DNA of 64,000 bases, from the NCBI RefSeq assembly GCF_009914755.1, contig NC_060929.1; one strand, given 5' to 3'. The position numbers and the translations under genes are program-made. Origin of the DNA: the human T2T-CHM13v2.0 reference genome, Homo sapiens. The notes under the pieces are model-generated. The model did no database searches, had not been told where the DNA came from, and saw only the letters and a list, made by a program, of their open reading frames with translations. This document shows positions 16,761 through 31,577 of this stretch, in pieces (the first letter of the stretch is position 1; every line of letters begins with the position of its first letter).

Positions 16761-17606
16761 GCCACCTTGCAAACAGGGGATGCTTTCGCCTCATTTTCCC
16801 AATGAGAAAATGAGCTGAGAGAGGTGAGCTGAAATTTCACAGCTCACAGAAGATGGAGCCACGACTCATACTCAGGTGGGCCTCCTTGCACCCCACAAGC
16901 CCCCCTAGTGCCTGGTGTGGGAGAGGGAACTGCCCCCCTGATGGTCCCAGCCCTGCTGCCTGAGCAGGGTCCTGGGCCGGGCAGTCGGTCATATTGGAGT
17001 CCACTTCTCCCAGGTCAGGCCATTCTCAGTTGGGGGAGGACCTTGGGGATCCGGCTGGGCTTGTTGAAGCTGCAAGATGCCTTTGAGAGCCCTGAGGAAG
17101 GGACAGCACAGCCCCGTGGCAGGATGCATGTCACACAGGCTCTGTGTTCGGGCAGAGCAAGGTTCATCCTCCCATTTAGCAGCAGTGTGACTGAGCAAGT
17201 CACTCCCCTCTCTGAGCCTCAGTTTCCTGATCTGGGGATTAAATGTGTCCCGGGATGTGTCTTGTGCAGGGCACGTACTAACCCCTCAGTGCATGGATGA
17301 CTCTCCTTTTCTTCTCACTGTCCTCCCGGAGCCTGCAACACATGAGGGCCTGTGGCCTGAGAAGCTGTGCAGCTTTGTGCCTTGACTCCCGAGGAAAGGA
17401 TATGGAGGGGACCATGAGAGGAAAGAGCCTTGGTAGTTTATGAACCTGATCCAAAAAAATCAAATGAGGCTTCCTGCCCCATTCCTACCGTCCACCAGTG
17501 GCTCCATCCTCTTCCCTCTTCTCCATCTCTGCAGTCTCTCCCTTGTCTGGTATGTTTAACAGTCAGGTGTGTATTTTTCTAGAGTTTTAAAAAATATATT
17601 TAGGCT

Positions 17607-17906
<300 letters not shown>

Positions 17907-19256
17907 TAGGCTTTGATATACCTATATCACTGTTTGAAACACAAAAGGGAGCATACTCTGCACACTGTTCTTCCCCTGCCTTTCTTCTGCTGATACATCC
18001 TGGGCACCTTTCCTGCCAGCGGATAAACAGCCACCACATTCTTCTTTCCAGCTGTGTCACATTCTGTTATCTGGCTGACCTACGGGGCCTGTGGCCAGCC
18101 CCTGAGGGTAGACATTCCCCATTCTGGTTTGTTGGAGATCCTTGTCCATATCTTTTTGTATCCTTGTACAGTTATTTCTGTAAGGTAACTTCCCTAGAAG
18201 AGGAATTACTGGGTTAAAGAGTATGTTTTTTTTTTTTTTTTTTTTTTTTGAAACTTACAAGGTCCTGCCAAAGGGCCCTCCAGGGACATGGTCTGATAGA
18301 CAGTTTCAGCCACAGCACAGGAGACAGCAAATTTCCTTACACAAGAGGAAAGGCGTGAGGCATAGGAAGCCAGCCCTTAGCTACCATTTAGTGAATAAAT
18401 ATTTATTAACCAGGTCCTTGGGCCAGGCGCCATGCCAAGCCCTGGGACTGTGCTGATGAACGGGGCTTCCATCTTTGTCCTTGAGGAGCACACGACTGGG
18501 CAGGGCGGGCTGACTTGGACACACACCATTTCATTACTTTGTGATGGGTGCTATTAATAACTGAAGGAAAGATCAGGGCATTGGAGACTTACAGCTCAGG
18601 GTTTAAATGTTGCCTCCTCCACTTACGTGACTGTGTGACCTTGGACAAATTCCTTGACCTCTCGGAGCCTTGGGTCTCAGGTCCAGTGCCCCCTTTGGCT
18701 GGCCGTACCAGGTTTCCTACCATCAAGCCTTCTCCTGGGGTCACATTCCTACTGTCCGATGCCTGAGTCAGTTTCAGAAGAAGTCTGGAGTTAGAGAGCC
18801 TTAGAGTCTTGCCCAAACATGGACTGAAAAACCTTCATCAAGCCTTCAGTATCAGAAGGCCTTTCTGGTTGAAATAGTTTTTACCTCCTGTTGTGTTTTT
18901 TATTCATTCATTCAATAAATATTTATTTTATACCTTCTCTGAGCCAGGCACTGTGCTAGTCTCTGAGGCCACAGTGGCATTGTGACCTGGTCTCTGTCCT
19001 CCTCCTCTATCTGGGGTAAGGGTAACACACGCCATGAATGCGTGTGATCGGGACCTTTGGACCACTTGAGTCTCTGCCGAGTAGACTTGGCACTTATTGT
19101 GTCCACCTGCTGGGCTGACCAGGCTTAGTCCGAGCCTTGAAAAAGCACACAGATTTCAGGAGGCCTTTCCATCCCATCCCCCCAGCTCTGGTGCTCTGGT
19201 GTGGATAGAATTAGAACCCTGGGACACACGTCTACAAGCATGAACACGGAAAGTAG

Positions 19257-19609
<353 letters not shown>

Positions 19610-20028
19610 AACACTCCCTATTTTGTGCCTGTTCATCATTACAGCATCCAATGGGTTGTCGGGGCTTGGGGGAGGAGGGTGTAAAAGATTCTGAAATGTG
19701 GGTCCTATATGATCCTGGTCAGAAAGTTGCAAGCTTCCAAAGCAAGGATGTTTTGCCTGCTCAGTTTTCCAAGAGGTTTAATAGCCTCAGTTTGCGGGTG
19801 AGAAAGGGAAGAACAGGAGCCAGGAAATTTGGATTGATAGCTGATCTCTTCCAGTGGATTTGTTCAGCAGCTGGAGAAAACAATTTGAAATTTATCTCTC
19901 TGCCGTTCGAAAATGAAGGAAAACACGGCCACTCAGTAAACTGATGTGGAACCTGTTTCGACATAGATTGCTGAGTGAGCAAAGCACGGTGGAAAAGAGT
20001 GTGCCCATTACGCTGCTGTTCACTTAGG

Positions 20029-20133
<105 letters not shown>

Positions 20134-20255
20134 TTAAATGTCCATGGATGGACACATGAAACTGTAACAGGGAATCGGGGGCTGCAGATCAGGAGAGACA
20201 GACTCACTTTTTTTATACAGCTGGATTTTTTTTTTTTTATAATACGCATTGTTAA

Positions 20256-20672
<417 letters not shown>

Positions 20673-22226
20673 AACTTTTTCAAAGTTTGGGAGAAATTGG
20701 GAGTAATTCTAGTATCCCCCATGTCTCAGGGTGGTTGGAGAGACTCAGTGAGCAGTCTGGGGACATCCTGCCCTTCACTCGGAGCCTAAGTTCTTGAGGT
20801 TCCTTTTCTCAGGGCTTTGCCTCTAAAACATATGGCTTCCAGTCCTGCCTCTCCTGCCCCCACACAGTGAAGCCATGGGCCAGCCTCCTTGTCTCACTGT
20901 GCCTCCATTTCCACACCCTTAACATGGGCACCGCCCCCCTCAAGGTGGTGGGAGTGTGAAGTGACAGGACATCTGTTAATGCAGTCACAACAGGGCACAT
21001 AGTAAGTGCCCAGCAAACACTCTCTTTCTTCTCCCTTCCCTCGGAATGCATCTTTGGCTGTTTGTTTTGAAGACAGATAGATGGCTATTTGCTTTGAAGA
21101 TAGATCAATCAATCGATCAATGTTTGGCTGTTTGTTTTAGATAGGTAGATAGGCAGATCGATATATGTAAATAGATACAGACTAAGAAAAATAATAGAGA
21201 TAACTGGCTGTCACATCCGTGACGCTGGCTCTGCCAGTCCAGGTGCAGGCTGCGGAGAATGCAGCAGAATCAGCAAGAGGGATTGGGAAGTCTTCTTTGC
21301 AGGAAACTAAGGGTCAATCAATGTGTTGAATCACTTTCCCCAGATCACCAAACCCTTCCCACATCTCTCTGATGTAAGTCCTACTCATGAGCTGATGCTC
21401 AGGTAATTATTACCTGCCGGGCTCTGTTTCAAGCTCAATCCTTGTGTTGCTGAGATCCTCAGAGAAGCCCTATAAGGCAGGTACTACCATTGCTGCCATT
21501 TACAGGTGAGGAAGTGGAGGCACAAAGAGGTTAAGTAACTCACTTAGGGCCATGCAGCAGGTGAGCAGTGGGGCCCCAGCGCAGTCCTTAGTGAGCTCTT
21601 GCCCACTAAGTGCCTCTGGGATAAACTCAGGTGTGGCGTATTCAGCCCTCATTTTGTATCCTGGGAGCTGACTCTCTGCCGTACACAATACCTGTTAGGC
21701 CCCAGCCCCAGGCCAGGCACTGGAACTCCAGAGTATTTGTCTTTCTGGATATCAGTCTAGTGGGAGAAACGGCCACAGATAACCGATAAAATGTGGGACA
21801 TGTTCAAGCAGAGGCTGGGAACACAGACAAAAGAGTGACCAGCTCCACCTCTGGGAGTAGGGGAAGCTTCCCATCAAAAGGGACATGTGAGTCGGGCCTG
21901 GGAGGATGAGTAGGAGTTCAGCAAGCAGAGAGGATAACCATGGAGGAGGAGGGATGATGAGTCCAGGCAAAGGAACAGAAATGAAAGGCATATTTAGGGA
22001 ATAGCATGCAGCTCTCTGTGGGTGGGTGGTTAGACATTGTGGGGAGTGTCAGGAGATGGGGCTGGTGAGTGGAGTTGAGGGCCGGACTCTGGGGCACTTG
22101 TTATGTCCTGCCCCCAAGGAGTGACTCCAAGGTCCACAAACCCCAGTGTCTTTAGGTGCCAGGCAGATGAGAGAAAGACAACAGACATGGCCGACCCCAG
22201 AACTCTGTTCTACACTCTGCATTTTA

Positions 22227-22547
<321 letters not shown>

Positions 22548-23180
22548 TCACTTCCATAAAGAATTATTTCTTCTCTTGAAGCACCGCTGTCTATAGCCCC
22601 TTCTAAGGACAGGGGCACCGTGTGGATGGCACCACAGAGGGTGGTGAGAAACAGCCACAGACTCTGCCTCAGCCTCAGAACCAGAGAGGCAGAAGGGAGT
22701 GGTGGGGCCTGTGGCAAACTCATGGGCTCCGACCCTCCGTGGGAACAAGGGTGAGATGTTCTGGAGAAGCCAGAATGCTGGCCTTTTATGTGAAATCTGC
22801 TGACTGTTCAAGGTGGACTCCAGATTGTGAAATATGTTGTCACTCGAGCCAAACAGAACACATTTGTGGGCCACCGGTTTGCAGCCTCTACTTTTGGCTG
22901 GCCTTTGCATTAAAGAGCTCTCCTGGAAGGAAGCGGGGCCAGCCCCAGGAGGATTGCTCATGTCGGCAGGTTGATCCACACCTGGAGGCCAGACCAGTAC
23001 CCCAAAGGCAGGGGGTGGGGCTGCTTCATATTGAGGCTCGAGTCAGAAGGGGCTCTGGAGGGTCTGTGGGCACAGCCCCACACCCTTGTCCTGGGGCCTC
23101 TTTCCTCTTCCCTCTAGGCTGGTCTCCCTTCGTCAGTGCCCACCACCCTTAACAGTTTGCATTTCTGTTGTTTCTTCCAG

Positions 23181-23253
23181 TCTCCATCTGCTGCTGCCTC
23201 TTCATCCTCTTCCTCTTCCTCTCGGAGCTCACCGGATTTATAACGACAGAAGT
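23181..23253 (+). CDS. ERGIC1: ERGIC1 coding exon 3 (73 nt): [25 protein letters not shown], first transmembrane helix
   Basis: tttcttccag acceptor; GT|GTAAGT donor at 23254. Hydrophobic stretch that continues the exon 2 frame (A|TC = Ile). Confidence 0.97.
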
Positions 23254-23325
23254 GTAAGTCATACTTTCCCGATGGGGCATTCCAGGATGTTCTGGGACCC
23301 CAGACAAGAAGAGGGAGGGGTCTTT

Positions 23326-23724
<399 letters not shown>

Positions 23725-25487
23725 TTAAAGTGAAAGCAAAAGTGAATATTGCCTTGTTAAAGCTGAAGGGAACATTTTGGTTCCATTCCGTGGGGGTTCT
23801 CCTGGGCTCAAAGATGAACAGAAATAATTTGCACATCTCTGCCATCCCTTTGTTTGGCCAGTGGGCTTTTTTTCCCTCTGAATCATCACAGGGTCATTTG
23901 ATGTGAGAGCCGAAGAGTTCAGTGAAACTAATGGGTACAGCTTCCTACCGGAGGGGGCGAGGTTGCTGACATCAGCGCCCGGCCCCCTGGACTAACCCCC
24001 TTCCCATTTCTCAGGCCCACACTTGGTGAGGAATCGGTGCAGGCTTCCTGGCAGTGGCTGACGCAGAGTTAATCCATTCCTGATTCCTAGAATTATCTGT
24101 TGTCTGGATAACCTAGTAAACGCTCTGGGGTGTGTGTAACAGAATGCCATTAGAATTATGCAGTCACGACCTCATCGGACGCCCCTCTGTGATGGAATTA
24201 GACCCAGGAGCTTCCTGCCTTTGGCACTGGCTTGAGGCTTCAAAGCCTCTTCATTTCTGTGTTTACAGCCCGGAAAGTCATCACGGAGCTGGGCCCTGGC
24301 CACCCACTCTCCTGCTCAACACTGGAATTTTCTTTTTCACTAATGGGATTTCTTGGTTTCCTTTGCCTCCACTCAGCCACAAGACAATAGGAAACTAAAT
24401 ACATAGCTGCTTAGCCCAAGAAGACTCTCATTATACAAGCATTACCACCTTTAGTTCTCAAACAGCCTCAGGAGGGAGCTGCCCCCTCTTTACAAAGAGG
24501 AAATTGAGGCCCAGGGAGGTGGAGGGACCTGCCCACAGCCATACAGTTAGGAGCTGGCTCCCAGCCCTGCCTATCTCCCTAGCCCACATGTGTTTGACCA
24601 GCACACTGAAAGGCCTATGAGACAGGAGGGCTGGTCTCACCTTGTTTCTGGGTATACCTTTCAGCCCTCCCCTGGCATGGGAGAGTTTGCCTTTCCTGGT
24701 CACTCTGATCCTGTTTTAACCCTGATGGCGCCAAAGCCCAGGGGACCTTTTACAGTGGTGGGAAGAGTACAAGATAAGGCATTGGGAGACCCAGGGCCAG
24801 GTCTCTGCTTAATTACTACTTTGCTGTGTGACCCTATGCAAGTTGCCGAACCCCTCTGGGTCTCAGTATTGGTAGCCAAATGAAGGAGAGTAGACCAGAG
24901 TCAGAGCTCCCTTCCAGCTCTGGGAGAGGTTGGTCTGCTTCCCAAGACATGACCCTGTGGCCATGCAGGGTTCGAAGAAGGGGTTTTATTCCCCCCAGGC
25001 CTCTAATGGGAGATGGCCATGTCCAAGTCAAGCATCTTCCCCTCTGTACAACTCAGTCACTGGACATCTTAGGATCACCCTATCATGAATCAGAGCTCGA
25101 AGCAGGGAGAGCGGCAAGAGGTTGAGACTTGCTAATGTTATGAGGTACCTGTTGTATGCCAGGCACCCACTGGCCTCTGCAGGCTGTACCCCACCCTCTA
25201 GGAGGGGACCTGCTTGGCTTGGCAGGCCTGTCATGTTCTGAGCAAGGTGACAGAGGCACACATGTGTCATCTGCTGAGACCAGGCACCAGGCAGGTGGCT
25301 TTATGTGCTGTGGGCAGGACACCAGCAGGTGCAAAGGGCCTCAGGCAGGGATGACCTGGTGTATGTGAAGGCAGGAAGAAGGCCAATCAGCCAGGTCAAA
25401 GTGAGCAAGCGGAGAGGGTAGGAGGTAGAGCAGGCAGGACGGAGAGGGGCCAGGCCTTCTGAGCTGCCAGGTAGAATTGGGAGTTAC

Positions 25488-25797
25488 TTCTTTTTTTTTT
25501 TTTTTTTTTTTTGGAGACGGAGTCTCGCTCTGTCGTCCAGGCTGTAGTGCAGTGGCGTGATCTCGGCTCACTGCAAGCTCCGCCTCCCGAGTTCAAGAGA
25601 TTCTTGTGCTTTGCCTCCTGAGTAACTGGAATTACAGGCAAGCACCACCATGTCCAGCTAATTTTTGTATTTTTAGTAGAGACAGCCTTTCACCATTTTG
25701 GTGAGGCTGGTCTCGAACTCCTGACCTCAAATGATCCACCCGCCTCAGCCTGTAATCCCAGGCTGGGATTACAGGCGTGAGCCACTGCGCCTAGCCT
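25488..25797 (-). mobile_element. Alu carrying an internal perfect palindrome
   Basis: Antisense consensus except at 25748-25776 (see findings). Confidence 0.93.
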
Positions 25798-26601
25798 GGG
25801 ACTCACTTCTTGATGATGAGCTCGTGGAGCCCAGGGCTGGACCTGCACACTCACTGCTCTGTGGCTCCACACATGGAGGAGCTGAAAACGCCAGTGGTAG
25901 ACACAGTCAACAAGCAAACAAAACTAGACTGTATCGATCAGGGGCAAGTACTCCAAAGACAAGAACTAAAGCAGGGCAGGAGGTAGAAAATGAGATGGCT
26001 GCAGGTACATGATATTTTATGAGGATCAAACAAGATTATTTAGCTGAAAGCTAACTTAATATAGTGCGGCTATACTTTAATATCATAAGGTCCATATCTC
26101 TTCGTGCATTTATTCATTTCCTACATAGTCTGCATCTAACTCTAAAAAGGTTTTAAGGCCGCTCCGCACCAGGCATATAAGTACTCAGGGAATGTGAATT
26201 CCTTGTCCCCTCTTCCGCTTTGAGTTAAGAAGATGCCTCTCTTGCCTGCTGCTGACAGCGTGTGGGGTGGCATTCCCAGCTCATCCCACATGAGGTGGGG
26301 CACTGAGGCAATGGGCTGCCAACAAGTGAGTTTTGACGTCACAGCTTGAGGCTCGAGCAGGTGGGGCCCCACCCGCAGAATGCCCGGGAGCATTGGGGAA
26401 GGGCCCTTCCAGCAAGCCCAGACAACTCATGCAGCTTCCCAAGGGCAGGGCTGCTTCTTTCTGAAGAGCACAGTGTGTTCCCACTGCTCCCCATTCCCCC
26501 GTGCCAGGACTTCCTCTCCCTCTCTCCCAGCGGCACCCCGGACGCTCTGATCCCACCGAGTCCCTGGAGAGGTACAAAGCTTAGGGATGAGGGGAGGAAG
26601 G

Positions 26602-26909
<308 letters not shown>

Positions 26910-27762
26910 CATGAGGACATTTTTTGAGCATTTGCCTTGAGTCCAACCCTGTGCTAAGTCAGCGGCTGGAGAGAGGGAGGGAGGCAGAGATGAATAGAGA
27001 GATCTGTCCGGAGCTGAGGCCAGATGCTCCAGCTATGAAGATGCAGTGACCCTAATGTCCCCTTCCCTCCTTACTAAGGTATAGGAGTTGCCCGAAGGGC
27101 CTCCGCAGGATGAGCCCTAAGACTTACAGAGCAATCGAGAGGAGAAAGCATCACATCTTTGGGGTCTTCCAGTTGTCAGAAGCTTGTGGCCCCCAGGAAG
27201 CCCTACAGGTTTGGGAACAACTGAAGGTCACAGTTCTCGTCTTCTGGGTGGCTGGCCCTCTGTGGCAGGTTTGTGGCCACAGTGGGGTCAGTGCCCCCTC
27301 CCGCCACTATGAGATTGTAACTTAAGGAAATGAGGTCACCGTTGGTTGGATCAACATGGCTCCAGCCCCAGCCTGTGGTTATCAGTGACATAAGACGCTT
27401 ATTCTGGCCTGGGCCTGGTGGGGGGTGAGGGGGAGGCACATTTGTTTGGGTGGTTGGGCTCCAACCTGGCTTTGGACAGGCCGTTAATTATCCTTGGGAA
27501 AGAGGCCCCACAGAGTGTTCTGAAACTCCGTGTTTTCAGGGAGCAGGCCCCTCCTCAGGCAACCTGGCCACAGAATGTTCCAGCCTCTGACTGCCCAGTC
27601 TCTGACTGCTCTGAATAATTATTAACCTCATGAGGATTTATACTAATAAAATATAGTAACTGGAACTCTCCACTGATAGTTTATAATGTAATATAACTCA
27701 TGGTACCTTCCATACTATAACTCATGGATTTATAGTGTGCATGCCAACACCTAGGTCAGCAC

Positions 27763-28076
27763 TTTATTTTTATTTTTATTTTTTGTTTGTTTGTTTTTTG
27801 AAACAGGGCCTCATTCTGTTGCCCGGGCTGGAGGGCAGTGGCTCAATTATGGCTCAATGTAGCCTCGACCTCCAGGGCGATCCTTCTGCCTCAGCCTCCC
27901 GAGTAGCTGGGACTACAGGCATGAGCCACCATGCCTGGCTAATTTTTTAATTCTTTGTAGAGACAGGGGTCTCCCTGTATGTTACCCAGGCTGGTCTCAA
28001 ACTTCTGGGCTCAAGCAATTCTCCCACCTTGGCCTCCCAAAGTGCTGGGATTATAGGCATGCAGGCTGCCCCCGGC
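27763..28076 (-). mobile_element. Alu (AluJ-like) with TSD AGGTCAGCACTT
   Basis: Antisense consensus; duplicated flank within a MIR. Confidence 0.93.
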
Positions 28077-30003
28077 AGGTCAGCACTTCATGATGGTCAT
28101 CTCATTGGTCATCGCAGAACCCCTTGAGGCAACTACTACTGTTCACCCCATGTTACAGCTGGGGAAACTGAGGCACCAGGCGGCCAAAACCACATGAAGC
28201 AGTAAGTGGTGTAACTGGAGTCAAACACGGGTCTGTGATGCTGAAGCCCAGGCTCAGCACCTCCCCTCTGTTGTACCCCACTTCCCTGGCCCCAGCATTT
28301 CAGGGCCCCAGGCTCATGGGAGCCACTGCTTTTTGATCAGAATAGTTGACTGGAGGACTTGGATGCACCCTTCTAGGGTGAGGTGGCCAAACAGGCAGAT
28401 GGAAGCCTGGGAGGTGGGAGCTTGGAGGTCACCTGGAGGTCACGGTGTTCTCACAGGCTCCCCGTAGGAGGCCCGGAGTGGGGAGCAGTGGCTTAACCAG
28501 GAGGAGGAGCTGGAAGTCTCCAGGTTGCCTGCCTTGAGCCTGGGTTGTGAGCCAGGCTGGGTAGAGGGCCCCAGGCATCCCATTAAGGAGCATGAAGGAC
28601 ATTGCTCTTAGCAATAGGAGGCCTGAGGGCGTCTGAGTGTGGAGTGACGGGTTTATGTCTCAGACAGCTCACCCCTTGTGAAGATGGGTTTGGTGTGGGG
28701 CCACCCAGAGGCCAAAGCCCTGGTGGGAGCTGGGGGATGACCCAAGTCAGAGGGGCCGAGGGTGCTGGGACTTTGGCTTTGGAGCAGGGGTGGGCAGAAC
28801 CCGGTGACTGGCTGTCGAGGGATGTATTTTAGACATCCACCTGGTTGGTAATAGATGCACATACTTTTACCTGGACGACTCAGGATTTGAAACTCAAGGC
28901 TCCGGAGCGCGTGCTTGCAGAATCTCCATCCCTCCCTCCACCCCACCCCAAGCCCTTGCGGCAGGCCTCACCGCCGCCTAAGTTTCCATTCGATCAAATT
29001 TTGAAGCATAGAGGTCAGAGACTTCAGGCAGGAATCTGAACTATTTAAGGGCTCTTCAAAAAGCAAATAAAATTGTTTTGTATAGATGTCATCGAACTCA
29101 TGCCTCAGACTAGAATTTCAAGGCCCTCCACCACATTCCATTTACACTCCCCCCACCCACACCTCCCCAGGCCCTTGCGTACCTCTCCCTACAAGGCCAC
29201 TGTCCACCCACACCCCCACCCTCCCACGCACTCGCCTGACTCCCTGACGCCATCTGGCGTCCCCCACCTGGAATGTGCTCCCGACTGCTCCACCAGCGCG
29301 TGCCTTCCCTGCATCCTGGGAGTTCTGCTGAGGACTCCCTCCTCCACTCAGGCTCATTCCACTGAAGTTTGTGAGCACACGCTCTGTGCTGAGGCTCAGG
29401 GAGCCCTCGTCCTGGGGGTGTTGACGGGAGTGGGAGAGGCTTGTGGGACAGACGCAACTGGACCCCTAAGCACCCCTGTACCCTGCAGGCACCTGGGCCC
29501 TGGTGGGAGGGGACACACCTGAAGATTATGAAAAAGGACTAGGATGCCTGCATCACATGTCCACTGAGGGCCACCGGCCCCTCAGCTTTTCACCGATTCC
29601 CATCCCATCCAGGCAGTGCGATGCCTTGGAAAGAGCATGGGCTCTGGGCCCCCTGTCCCTGGGCTCAGATCCTGCCTCTGCCTCCTCTTGGTCCTATGAT
29701 CTTGGCCAGCCAGCTGTGCTCCTCTGAGCCTGGTTTCATCGACGTGAAGGGAGAATAGTACCCTTATTAAACACTGGATCAACTCCTTGAGCATCGATAT
29801 TAATAATAATGATAAAAACCATGGACATTTATTGAGCACTTACTGTTTACTAAGACCACACTTAGCATTGCTCTTGTTCTCATTTGATCTTCTCAGCAAC
29901 CCCATAGCAACCCCTATGATTGTCCCCATTTTACATCTGGGGAAACTGATGGATGGGAAGCCCCTTGCCCAAGTCAATCAGCCAAGAGGTGGCAGAGCCA
30001 GGA

Positions 30004-30072
30004 TTCGAACCCTGGTAGCCTAGGCTTTGAACCCTGGTAGCCTAGGCTTCGAACCCTGGTAGCCTAGGCTTC
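30004..30072 (+). repeat. Tandem repeat, 3 x 22 bp TT(C/T)GAACCCTGGTAGCCTAGGC, at a MIR head
   Basis: Copies at 30004, 30026 and 30048. Confidence 0.95.
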
Positions 30073-30137
30073 CCCTGCACTGCTGTATTTTCTTTACCAA
30101 GAAGGGTGTGGAATCGGCCCTCAAGAGAGAGATGAGT

Positions 30138-30140
<3 letters not shown>

Positions 30141-30177
<37 letters not shown>

Positions 30178-30205
30178 CACACTAACATACACACACTCAC
30201 TCACT
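30141..30205. repeat. (CA)n microsatellite
   Basis: Read directly. Confidence 0.9.
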
Positions 30206-31577
30206 CTCCTGCCCTGGGGCAGCCAACAGCTTGACTTGGCAGTCATCCAGCAGCCCTGTGAAGTAGACGGAATCTTTATCCTTATTTTCCTCTTTTTCTC
30301 TCCTTTCCTCTCTCCCTCCTTCCTTTCCTTTCTTATTTTCTTATTTTAGTGAGGTATGTGTAACTTACATACAGCAAAGCATACAAATATTAAGGTAGAG
30401 GCCTGATGAATTTTCACCTGTGTTTACACACGTAACCATCACTCTGATGAAGACATAATACATTCTGTCACCAAAGAAGGGTCCCTTGAGCCCCTCCCAG
30501 TCAGTAGCCCCCACCACTATTATTCTGACTTCCATTGCCATAGATTAATTTTGCTGATTTTCGAACCGATTGAAAGCTTTTCCAGTTTTACAGATGAGGA
30601 AACTGAGGCTCAGAGAGGTGAAGCAGTGTGTCCTAGGTCTCCCAGCTCCTAAGTGGCAGAGCCAGGAGGTGAGCCCACACCGGTCTGCCACTGCCCCCAT
30701 AGGCCTTCCCACTGCCCACACTGGTGACAGGGGAGTCAGGCCCATGGAAGTCCTCAAACCACAATGAATCCACAAAAAACATTTCCTTTTCTTCCAGGTG
30801 GGTTGATTTCTGGCAGCCCGTTGGCCTTTTAAAATCAGTTCAGCCCTAGCCAATGAAGTTAGTTAGCCTTGGCAGGCCCCTGCCATGGGGTGGTTGTGGG
30901 TGAGCTCGTGGCGCTGGCTGGGGTGGCAGGAAGCCAGCAGCCCTGGAACATTTGCCTTGGACACGAAGGCGAAGGCGGCTTTATTGACCTCATCAGGCAG
31001 CCCAGGTGATTGAATTGTGTTTATCTCACAGCCTGGGGCCCTCCAGGAAGGAGCCTGGGAGCAGCCAGTTCTGGCCTTACATAACCAGCCTGGCCAGAGC
31101 GCCTCAGGCCGTCCCTGCCCAGCACCGCAGCCCCCTTGTTCTGGGTGGCCCTCTAGCCCTGCGGAGCCTGTTCTCTGCTTATTCTGGTTAGGAAGACAGG
31201 GACCCACGCCTGGGAGAGGCTTCTTGGGGCCTTGTGGGTGAGCTCACCTTGGCGCCACACCTGGGATTCACTTTGCTCTTGGCTGAGGTCACCTCCAGAG
31301 GGTTGCCAGTGGATGACATCATCCCACAATCCCTCAGTGCTGTGCGGAGGCCCAGCCTCGCCAGGTGGGAAAGGTGAGTTGCTTCAAGGAAGAGTCTCAG
31401 GCAGCTTCCTGGCTGGGAAGGGAAGCCCAGGCTCTCCTTAGTTGACTGTGTGTTAATCACCCAGCAATTTCATTACTCAACAGCTCTCCAGAGTTGCACA
31501 TTACAGCTGGGGTAGAAATTGGGTGCTGAAGGCCAGGCAGAGCATTTGGCTGTAGGGAGGCCGATCCTCCTCGGGCC

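Noticed and set aside
21050-21200. Duplicated TTTGGCTGTTTGTTTT with GATA-like repeats (also TATAACTCATGG x2 near 27692-27726)
   Set aside because: Low-complexity, degenerate slippage products with no further structure.
30001-30011. GGTTCGAATCC (minus strand) as part of a tRNA gene
   Set aside because: It lies in the tRNA-derived head of a MIR; no cloverleaf or acceptor stem can be formed.
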